The notes beneath the pieces were generated by a model that was given only the letters and a program-made list of their open reading frames with translations, made no database searches and was not told where the DNA came from. Made by a program: the position numbers and the translations under genes. From contig MU057809.1 of NCBI GenBank assembly GCA_013265495.1, positions 374,001 to 438,000 of the forward strand: a stretch of 64,000 nt of DNA. The letters run 5' to 3'. This document shows positions 23,871 to 33,059 of this stretch, in pieces; positions within the stretch are counted from its first letter, which is position 1, and each line of letters opens with the position of its first letter. Source of the DNA: Vicugna vicugna (Eukaryota).

Positions 23871-25795
23871 TCTTGAGGTCAAGTGACGGACGGATTGTAT
23901 GCTGCTTCATAATAATATTAATTAAACAATTTGCATGCTAATAAGGTAACAATTATCAGGGCCTCTGTTGAAAGATTCAGGTTATTACAACACGCCAATC
24001 TGAAGGCCAGGGGTCAGAGAGTGAGAGGCGAGCGAAATTTCAACTCAAATTAACATTCTGTCAGCTCCAGAAAATGGGATAAATAAAGTCGAATTAATTC
24101 ATTATAATAAAGAGAGATGGGCGAGGGAGCCCGGCCGGCGCCCGCCCCTCCCCTGCCCTCCCCTCGGGCCGAATTGATTACAGCTCTGTATTCAGAAACA
24201 CGCGCCGGGCGCATTCCTGCCCGCGAACCGACGGGGAACGAGGCGCTATGACTACGGGCAGACCCGAGGCGGCTGGACAGAGTTTACATTCAGTATTTAT
24301 AGAGAAAGAAATTAAATTATGGCGAAAAGTAGTGCTCTTGGCCCCTGACCTCGGGATTAATACTTGCAGCGTTTTCCTAGCGCGACAGTAGTGGGGGCGG
24401 GAGTCAGGTCCCAAATTCCAGGCCTCCTCTCCCTCTCGGCGAGGTTGCGCGCCTGTCCCGCGGCCCCCGCGCCTCTCCCGCGTATCGAGCGAGGGCAGAG
24501 ACCAGGGTAGTGAAATCGCGGGCGGCGCGCCCCGCCACATCTAGTTCGGACCCTCGCCAGGGCGCGGGTCCAGCGCCTGGTCCTCGGGCAGGTCTGGGCG
24601 GAAGCCGGCGCAGGGGGCGTGGGGGCAGTCCTCGCCCCCTCCGGCCCTCTCTTCCTGTCGACCCGGGCGGCTGGGTGCAGCCCTCGCCGGGCACGGACAC
24701 ACACGGATAGTCGCAGACACAGGAACGGGCGCAGGACAGGCGCAGACGCGCAGACGCACAGTCCAGGCCTGCCCTCCCCCTTCGCTCCTGGCTCGGGGCT
24801 TGGCAGCCTGGCTGAAGCCACTTAACCGCCGAAGGCCACCTTGCCTGACGCTTTGCCCCGGGGTGAGAGGCTGCCGGCCGCGAGGCTCTAGGACTGCCCG
24901 GGACCGAGGCCGGAGTCCTTCCCCACCTGGGGGCTGGCCGCTGCAAGGTGCGATCTCCCCACCGACAAACTTTTTTACAGTGGATGTTTAATAGACATAC
25001 ATATATCCTTCCCTTCTGACCACGGCCCTAATTTGCTGCTTATTTAAGCATGTATTTTTTAATGATTGAGCTTTGAGTCTATCAGTATTTTATAGTGGAG
25101 AAGGGAGTGACACGTCTCTGAGAACATAATTTATAACAAATGGTTTGGGTGCCTCGACCCTATTCTTCAGAGGCCGAGTCAAAGCAAGATGTATTTTTTT
25201 TAATTTGCGTGTGTAGGGGGCCTGATTGGCTGCCACCCCAAAACTACTTTTCCCCTCTGCCTTCCCCCTCTCCCCTCCGCCCCGCGCCAGGGTTTACCCG
25301 GGTAGGGGTAGGGTGGGGGATCAGGGTGCCTCCCCAGCCGCCCCCACCTCTGTGTTTATAGACTGGACGTCTGCCAATCAGAGAGGGCATTAATTATGCC
25401 TGCTTATTGACAGGGCTCCCTTCGGTAGAAGTCAGCCTCTTCCCGAGTCACCCTCCTCCCTCTGCTCCCTCTGCCCCTTCCTCCTTCTCCCCTCTGCTTC
25501 CTCCTCTCCCTCGCCGCCTGGAGCCGGAGAGATGAGAAGCCCTTGTAGTTTTAAATTCAATGTGACAGTTTCGGAAAGAGCGGATGATGAATCTGCTATT
25601 ATTGGATCAGTCTATTTGCCGCTCAATGTCTCTCTGTAATTGGAGCAACATCACTTTAAAGGTTCAGAGAGTACAGCATTTCTGGTGAAAAATCCCCGCA
25701 ACACGCCGGCGAGTGTTTTAAAGGGAAATCTATTAGCGGTTTGCGGAGGGGCGGGCGCTGGCGGCGGGGGGAGTCGCGGGCCGGGGCCGGCGGGG
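23582..25795 (+). repeat. Copy 1 of 2214-bp tandem duplication of UNCX upstream region
   Basis: Matches 25983-28196 at constant offset 2401; ORF-track entries repeat identically. Confidence 0.98.
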
Positions 25796-25982
25796 NNNNN
25801 NNNNNNNNNNNNNNNNNNNNNNNNNNNNNNNNNNNNNNNNNNNNNNNNNNNNNNNNNNNNNNNNNNNNNNNNNNNNNNNNNNNNNNNNNNNNNNNNNNNN
25901 NNNNNNNNNNNNNNNNNNNNNNNNNNNNNNNNNNNNNNNNNNNNNNNNNNNNNNNNNNNNNNNNNNNNNNNNNNNNNNNNNN
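25796..25982. other. Assembly gap (187 N)
   Basis: N run between the duplicate copies. Confidence 1.
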
Positions 25983-28196
25983 GCAGCAATTGACAAGGAA
26001 GCAATTATGAAATTTTGATGTTCAGAATGGGGGGGGGCGGGCGTGAGAGCAGAAGCCGAGCGACTCCCCGCAGCGCCGCCGCGGCCGAGGGCCTCTGAAG
26101 AGCTCTCGAGACGGGCGGGGGTCGCCCCGGCCGCCCCCACCGTCATTAAAGGCCCCTCTCAAACACTCCAAGAGCTTTTCGGAGCGCGAGCCGGCCCGGC
26201 AACATTAGAAACACGGGGCGATTGAAATGGGCACATTGAGATGCGCGGAGCCGGCTGCTGCGCGGACTCGCTCTTGAGGTCAAGTGACGGACGGATTGTA
26301 TGCTGCTTCATAATAATATTAATTAAACAATTTGCATGCTAATAAGGTAACAATTATCAGGGCCTCTGTTGAAAGATTCAGGTTATTACAACACGCCAAT
26401 CTGAAGGCCAGGGGTCAGAGAGTGAGAGGCGAGCGAAATTTCAACTCAAATTAACATTCTGTCAGCTCCAGAAAATGGGATAAATAAAGTCGAATTAATT
26501 CATTATAATAAAGAGAGATGGGCGAGGGAGCCCGGCCGGCGCCCGCCCCTCCCCTGCCCTCCCCTCGGGCCGAATTGATTACAGCTCTGTATTCAGAAAC
26601 ACGCGCCGGGCGCATTCCTGCCCGCGAACCGACGGGGAACGAGGCGCTATGACTACGGGCAGACCCGAGGCGGCTGGACAGAGTTTACATTCAGTATTTA
26701 TAGAGAAAGAAATTAAATTATGGCGAAAAGTAGTGCTCTTGGCCCCTGACCTCGGGATTAATACTTGCAGCGTTTTCCTAGCGCGACAGTAGTGGGGGCG
26801 GGAGTCAGGTCCCAAATTCCAGGCCTCCTCTCCCTCTCGGCGAGGTTGCGCGCCTGTCCCGCGGCCCCCGCGCCTCTCCCGCGTATCGAGCGAGGGCAGA
26901 GACCAGGGTAGTGAAATCGCGGGCGGCGCGCCCCGCCACATCTAGTTCGGACCCTCGCCAGGGCGCGGGTCCAGCGCCTGGTCCTCGGGCAGGTCTGGGC
27001 GGAAGCCGGCGCAGGGGGCGTGGGGGCAGTCCTCGCCCCCTCCGGCCCTCTCTTCCTGTCGACCCGGGCGGCTGGGTGCAGCCCTCGCCGGGCACGGACA
27101 CACACGGATAGTCGCAGACACAGGAACGGGCGCAGGACAGGCGCAGACGCGCAGACGCACAGTCCAGGCCTGCCCTCCCCCTTCGCTCCTGGCTCGGGGC
27201 TTGGCAGCCTGGCTGAAGCCACTTAACCGCCGAAGGCCACCTTGCCTGACGCTTTGCCCCGGGGTGAGAGGCTGCCGGCCGCGAGGCTCTAGGACTGCCC
27301 GGGACCGAGGCCGGAGTCCTTCCCCACCTGGGGGCTGGCCGCTGCAAGGTGCGATCTCCCCACCGACAAACTTTTTTACAGTGGATGTTTAATAGACATA
27401 CATATATCCTTCCCTTCTGACCACGGCCCTAATTTGCTGCTTATTTAAGCATGTATTTTTTAATGATTGAGCTTTGAGTCTATCAGTATTTTATAGTGGA
27501 GAAGGGAGTGACACGTCTCTGAGAACATAATTTATAACAAATGGTTTGGGTGCCTCGACCCTATTCTTCAGAGGCCGAGTCAAAGCAAGATGTATTTTTT
27601 TTAATTTGCGTGTGTAGGGGGCCTGATTGGCTGCCACCCCAAAACTACTTTTCCCCTCTGCCTTCCCCCTCTCCCCTCCGCCCCGCGCCAGGGTTTACCC
27701 GGGTAGGGGTAGGGTGGGGGATCAGGGTGCCTCCCCAGCCGCCCCCACCTCTGTGTTTATAGACTGGACGTCTGCCAATCAGAGAGGGCATTAATTATGC
27801 CTGCTTATTGACAGGGCTCCCTTCGGTAGAAGTCAGCCTCTTCCCGAGTCACCCTCCTCCCTCTGCTCCCTCTGCCCCTTCCTCCTCCTCCCCTCTGCTT
27901 CCTCCTCTCCCTCGCCGCCTGGAGCCGGAGAGATGAGAAGCCCTTGTAGTTTTAAATTCAATGTGACAGTTTCGGAAAGAGCGGATGATGAATCTGCTAT
28001 TATTGGATCAGTCTATTTGCCGCTCAATGTCTCTCTGTAATTGGAGCAACATCACTTTAAAGGTTCAGAGAGTACAGCATTTCTGGTGAAAAATCCCCGC
28101 AACACGCCGGCGAGTGTTTTAAAGGGAAATCTATTAGCGGTTTGCGGAGGGGCGGGCGCTGGCGGCGGGGGGAGTCGCGGGCCGGGGCCGGCGGGG
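25983..28196 (+). repeat. Copy 2 of 2214-bp tandem duplication (probable assembly false duplication)
   Basis: Bounded by N-gaps on both sides; one mismatch seen by eye (T25486 vs C27887). Confidence 0.98.
27620..28196 (+). promoter_or_regulatory. UNCX proximal promoter / 5' leader region (also present in the duplicate copy, 25219-25795)
   Basis: CCAAT boxes in opposite orientation (ATTGG 27626-27630, CCAAT 27775-27779), near-palindrome GGCATTAATTATGCC 27787-27801, pyrimidine tract, GC boxes just before the gap. TSS cannot be placed. Confidence 0.6.
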
Positions 28197-28429
28197 NNNN
28201 NNNNNNNNNNNNNNNNNNNNNNNNNNNNNNNNNNNNNNNNNNNNNNNNNNNNNNNNNNNNNNNNNNNNNNNNNNNNNNNNNNNNNNNNNNNNNNNNNNNN
28301 NNNNNNNNNNNNNNNNNNNNNNNNNNNNNNNNNNNNNNNNNNNNNNNNNNNNNNNNNNNNNNNNNNNNNNNNNNNNNNNNNNNNNNNNNNNNNNNNNNNN
28401 NNNNNNNNNNNNNNNNNNNNNNNNNNNNN
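28197..28429. other. Assembly gap (233 N) just upstream of the UNCX ATG
   Basis: N run flanked by near-pure GC sequence. Confidence 1.
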
Positions 28430-28476
28430 CCGCGCCCCCGCGCCCCGCCGCCGGCCCGGCCGGCCCCCCGCGCGAG

Positions 28477-28759
28477 ATGATGGACGGCCGCCTCCTGGAG
28501 CACCCGCATGCCCAGTTCGGGGGCTCGCTGGGCGGCGTGGTGGGCTTCCCCTACCCGCTGGGCCACCACCACGTGTACGAGCTGGCCGGCCACCAGCTGC
28601 AGTCGGCCGCCGCCGCCGCCGCCGCCGCCTCGGTGCCCTTCTCCATCGACGGCCTGCTCAGCGGCTCGTGTGCCGCCGCCGCCTCGGTGGTCAACCCCAC
28701 GCCACTGCTGCCGGCCGCCTGCGGGGTAGGCGGCGACAGCCAACCCTTCAAGCTGTCAG
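28477..28759 (+). CDS. UNCX: UNC homeobox protein, coding exon 1 (94 codons + 1 nt; eh1-like PFSIDGLL; poly-Ala8)
   Basis: Translates [61 protein letters not shown]...QPFKLS, the UNCX N-terminus; donor CAG|GTAGAC at 28760 (phase 1). Confidence 0.97.
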
Positions 28760-28901
28760 GTAGACGCAGCGGGCAGGGAGGGGGACGGCGGGGGGCAGGG
28801 GACCCTACTGGGCGCCGGAGTGGGTCGCGGGCGGCCGCAGAACTGCGCGGCTCCCGCGGCTCCTCAGTCGCCGCCCTCCACCCGGCTCAGGGCGCACGGC
28901 C

Positions 28902-28918
28902 GCCCTCTAGGTGGCCCC
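28902..28918 (+). promoter_or_regulatory. Candidate CTCF site in UNCX intron 1
   Basis: CCTCTAGGTGGC; also readable on the minus strand as CACCTAGAGGGCG. Confidence 0.35.
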
Positions 28919-28991
28919 TGGACAGAGGCGGGCGGGTCCGCTCCGGCCCGGGCCGGGGCTGAGCCGCGCGGCGTCCTGTGCGTGCCCGCAG

Positions 28992-29167
28992 ACTCGGGGG
29001 ACCCGGACAAGGAGAGCCCGGGCTGCAAGCGGCGGCGCACCCGCACCAACTTCACGGGCTGGCAGCTGGAGGAGCTGGAGAAGGCGTTCAACGAGAGTCA
29101 CTACCCCGACGTGTTCATGCGCGAGGCGCTGGCGCTGCGCCTAGATCTGGTCGAGTCCCGAGTTCAG
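28992..29167 (+). CDS. UNCX: UNCX coding exon 2 (most of the paired-like homeodomain)
   Basis: Acceptor CCCGCAG| at 28991; G+AC rebuilds Asp; [59 protein letters not shown]; donor CAG|GTAAAG at 29168; 283+176=459 nt, phase 0. Confidence 0.98.
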
Positions 29168-29569
29168 GTAAAGACCCGCCGTGCGTCCCGGGAGCCAGCA
29201 TCCCGCCATCAGCCTGCGCGGCCCGGCTCGCCTTTGTTCTCGAGTTCTAGGTGGGAGACCGCATCCTCCGTCAGAGCCGCCGCGCGCTAGCCCGCCGGAC
29301 GGTGGGGGGTCTGGGGCTCGGCGCCCCATGGAGACAGCTTGGGAGGGGCCGGTGGCGGCCCCTGAAGTAAGGAGAACAGCCGCTGCGTCCGAACCGGGGA
29401 GCTGCTTGGGGGATCCGGGCGACCGCACGAAACTAGGCTGGGGCGGGCGAGGCGGCGGGGAGGAAGCAGCCGGGCTCGGACTTGGAGGAGACTGGGGGAC
29501 GGCAGATCCCGCGCCTCCGTGTCCTGGCTAAGGGCTCGGCTCGCCAGACTGCAGCGAGCCAGCGCGCGC

Positions 29570-29860
29570 TGGTTTGTTTACTTTCACCTCTGAAATAGTC
29601 GCATGGAAACATGTATTTTTTTCATCACTTTTCAGAAGGGGCAGCTGAGGAAGGGGAGGCGGAAACTTGAACAATTAACACATTGCGGGAATAAGAGGTG
29701 TCTGAATGTTTAACACCACCGGTTGTATCTCTCCCCAGTAATCTGATTTTATTCGGAGACTGCCAGCGGTATTCTTCTTAAAAATACAGTGTCAGTCTTG
29801 TGGATTAAAAATTCAAGATGATCCTGCATAATTAGATATTTCCCCAAAGTACAGATATCT
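29570..29860. promoter_or_regulatory. Candidate intronic element (UNCX intron 2)
   Basis: AT-rich block with TGTTTAC (29575) and TGCATAATTA (29825). Confidence 0.4.
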
Positions 29861-31059
29861 TTTTCTGGGTCCAAGTGGTGGTGAGCGGGGTGTGGGCCGC
29901 AGCTGTGGGCACTGGGCTTGGAGGCAGAGGCTGGCAAGTTGCCTGTTTAGCATCAACAGCTTTGTCTAAAAAGGTGTTCTCTCCTGTGCTTGGGCCACCC
30001 CACATGACCTCTTCTGTTTGTAAATCCTTTTATCCAATTTGTCCTAAGTGTCTTAAGTGAAGTCAAGACCTCTTCATTTCTCCTGTAATACGATAATGAG
30101 TAATTCCTGGTGACAAGGCAGCCTGGAATTTATGCAGAAAAAGTATTTAAAAAGAAGGAAAGGGCAGGGACAGTCTTGGGGAGGTTACCACTTAGCACCT
30201 GCACCTTGGCACCGCCAAGGCTACCCCGAGACGAGCGGGCCTGCTGTTGTGCTGGTCTCTACATGGCCACAACAAAGAATTTGAATTATGGTGATCTTTG
30301 CAAAAGGGCTCAGGGGGATCTGTGTCTGTGAGTGGTGGTGGAGCCAGTGTCTCGAGCTGCTGACACCCTGGAGTCCTTCAGGCTCCCAGGACAAGGCCTG
30401 CAGAGAGGGTGGAAGAGGCAGGATGGGCCCCGGCCTCTTCTCTACAAGGCCTGGCAGCTGGCCTCTTGCTTCTCTGCCTGTCGGTCTCCAGCCCAGGCCA
30501 AGCACAACTGGTTTGAGAGGGCTGTGTTGGTGCCCTGGCCGGGACTCTTCAGAAAGAAGGACGTGTGAATGTGTTGAGGCAGGGTTGGGGGGGGGTGCGG
30601 AGAGCAGGCTGCTGAAGCATCTTCCCCCCCAAGTTTGGCTTCCCAGGCCCTTCTAGAAGAAAAAGCACCCAGATTTCCCTTCACGGGAACTCCCCAAAAT
30701 CTGGCCTTTGACTCAAGTCTCCAGGGAGCTGAAGACAGGTGTGGAGGGCGGCTGAGCCCAGCGGCTCTTGGTCTGCAGGCCAGACGGTCAGCACCAGCCC
30801 GGCGGGCTGCTTAGAACACAAGCTGTGAGAAGCCAGGAGGGTCGAAGAGGGCTCCCTGCTCTGTGCCTCCCCACCAGGAACCCAACGCCCTCGGTCAGGG
30901 GCCAGACCCGCCCTGCCCAACGCAGGGGCAGCTTCCAGTTCCCTGAGGTGAGAAGCTGGAGCCGGAAGCTGGCCGAGAGGCCCCATCTACCTCCTCCTTC
31001 TGGGTGGAAAAGATACTCTTTGGAACCCGCAACCTGAGTGCCGAAATCCAGCCCAGGGC

Positions 31060-32400
31060 CGGCTGGGCCGTGTGCCTTCGCTCGCACCCCTCGGCCGGAG
31101 CCGAGATTGTGCAGGCCTATCTGGGGGGATTGGGGAGGCCCGAAGCCCCCACGGCAAATCCGCCGCCTTACCGTGCCTTCCTTTCCCCTATCCGGCTGCT
31201 TTAGGTGTGGTTCCAAAACCGCCGGGCCAAGTGGAGGAAGAAGGAGAACACGAAGAAGGGCCCGGGGCGGCCGGCGCACAATTCACACCCCACTACGTGC
31301 AGTGGCGAGCCAATGGACCCGGAGGAGATAGCGCGCAAGGAACTGGAAAAGATGGAGAAGAAGAAGCGCAAGCACGAGAAGAAGCTGCTTAAGAGCCAGA
31401 GCCGCCACCTGCACTCGCCCGGCGGCCTATCCCTGCACAGCGCGCCCAGCTCCGACAGCGACAGCGGCGGCGGCGGCCTGTCCCCGGAGCCTCCCGAGCC
31501 GCCGCCTCCCGCCGCCGCAGCCAAGGGCCCCAGCGCGCACGCCGCCGGTGCCGCGGGTGCCGCGCCCGCACCGCCCGGCGAGCCGCCGGCGCCCGGCACC
31601 TGCGACCCCGCCTTTTTCCCGAGCCAAAGAAGCAGCACCGGCCCGCAGCTGCGGCTAGGCCGCCCCGCGGACAAGGACGCGGCCTCGTGTGCGCCCGCGG
31701 CGGCGGCGGCGGCGGAGCGCGGCGCCGCAGGCCTGCCCAAGGCCAGCCCGTTCAGCGTGGAGAGCCTCTTGTCCGACTCGCCGCCGCGCCGGAAAGCCAC
31801 CCCCGCCAACGCCGCCGCCGCCGCGGGGCTGGACTTCGCGCCCGGGCTGCCGTGCGCGCCGCGGACCCTCATCGGCAAGGGCCACTTCCTGCTCTACCCC
31901 ATCACGCAGCCGCTCGGCTTCCTGGTGCCGCAGGCCGCGCTCAAGGGCGGCGCGGGTCCCGAGCCGGCGCCCAAGGATGCGACGCCCGCGCCGCCCGAGC
32001 CAGCCGCGCCGCCCGCTCAGGCCAGCTTCGGGGCCTTCCCGGGGCCCGGCGGTGCTCCGGACTCGGCCTTCGCGCGCCGCAGCCCCGACGCCGTCGCCTC
32101 CCCGGGGGCCCCGACCCCGGCGACTTTCCGGGACGCAGCGGCTGCCGGGGCCGAGGGCGGCGGCGGGGACTGCGCGGATGCGGGAGCCGCCTGCCCAGCG
32201 GCCCCGCCGCCGCCACCGCTCGCGCAGTCGCCCGGGCCCGGCCCGCGGGCTCCCAGCCCGGCTGCGGAGACGGCCGCCGGTGGGGCCCCCGAGCCAGGCG
32301 CGGTGGCCGGGCCCGGCGCGCCGGAGGGCGAGGAGGTGGACATGGACTGAGGGCGGCGGCGGGGCCGAGAGAGGCGCTCAGCTGGCCCACGCTCGCTCGC
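31060..32400. promoter_or_regulatory. CpG island over UNCX exon 3
   Basis: Dense CpG, very high GC. Confidence 0.85.
31205..32350 (+). CDS. UNCX: UNCX coding exon 3 (helix 3 VWFQNRRAKWRK, Q50; unc-4 family extension; second eh1-like PFSVESLL; stop TGA)
   Basis: Acceptor CTGCTTTAG| at 31204; 381 codons in frame to ...EGEEVDMD-TGA; intron between homeodomain residues 46/47 is typical of PRD-class genes; total 534 aa. Confidence 0.98.
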   Translation: MWFQNRRAKWRKKENTKKGPGRPAHNSHPTTCSGEPMDPEEIARKELEKMEKKKRKHEKKLLKSQSRHLHSPGGLSLHSAPSSDSDSGGGGLSPEPPEPPPPAAAAKGPSAHAAGAAGAAPAPPGEPPAPGTCDPAFFPSQRSSTGPQLRLGRPADKDAASCAPAAAAAAERGAAGLPKASPFSVESLLSDSPPRRKATPANAAAAAGLDFAPGLPCAPRTLIGKGHFLLYPITQPLGFLVPQAALKGGAGPEPAPKDATPAPPEPAAPPAQASFGAFPGPGGAPDSAFARRSPDAVASPGAPTPATFRDAAAAGAEGGGGDCADAGAACPAAPPPPPLAQSPGPGPRAPSPAAETAAGGAPEPGAVAGPGAPEGEEVDMD

Positions 32401-32701
32401 TCACTCAGGCTCCGACTCACAACGAAATCAGGTGATCGGCTTAGTAACACTGCTTTTTCCTCTTCCTTCTGTTTATTTCCTTTTATTCTATTTTATTTTT
32501 ATTTTTTTAAGAAAAACGCTGTATCAATTCGGACCTAGGCAGCAACCCAGGACTTGGGGTGAGACCCTCCTCCTCTCAAGCGAGCAGAAAAAGAAAACAA
32601 AAACAAAAACCCACACCCCCACAAAACCCCACAACAAGAATCCTCAGCCTTGTAAAATGCAAAAATGTCTAATAATATTTATATATGTACCATTTTTGAT
32701 A

Positions 32702-32707
32702 AATAAA
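32702..32707 (+). terminator. Probable UNCX polyadenylation signal AATAAA
   Basis: AATAAA ~350 nt after the stop, preceded by TGTA motifs (32651, 32686) and followed by a T-rich element (~32736-32742). Confidence 0.7.
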
Positions 32708-33059
32708 GCTGGTCAAACGCAAGCTCTCGGGTCCACTTTTTTCCACATTTCCGAGGGCCAGTCCGGCCCCTCCCCCGCTCCGTTTTCCGCTCCTCTCCCC
32801 GCGGGTGGGACGAGGCTCCTCACCTCCCCCGAGGTCCGGGCTTAATGCCTCCTTTTGTGTGCGTGTGTGTTTGTGTTTTCTGATTGAACAAATTTATGCA
32901 TCCGCAGCTCCCCTCTCCTGCCCTCCCCCGCGCTCCCCCGCCTACCCGGCGCCACACGCGCGCGCGCGCGCAGGCACACGCGCCCCCGCGCGCTGGCACA
33001 CGCGCGGGGTGACGGAGCCGGGGGCTGCAAGGGCCGGGCCGCTGGGCTCCTGCAGAGTT

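Larger units (their letters stand above)
28430..29570. promoter_or_regulatory. CpG island over UNCX exons 1-2
   Basis: Dense CpG, very high GC. Confidence 0.9.

Noticed and set aside
23582..28196. Duplication as LTR pair or second UNCX gene
   Set aside because: No LTR termini or internal sequence; no coding exon is duplicated.
28041..28763. ORFs reading through N-gaps (also 23119, 23446, 25640-26146)
   Set aside because: Artefacts of translating Ns.
28477..29290. ORF-track products 28477-28962 and 28820-29290 as separate proteins
   Set aside because: They are exons 1 and 2 reading into introns; canonical GT-AG sites join them in frame.
31201..32538. Alternative-frame and antisense ORFs over UNCX exon 3
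   Set aside because: Shadows of a very GC-rich CDS.
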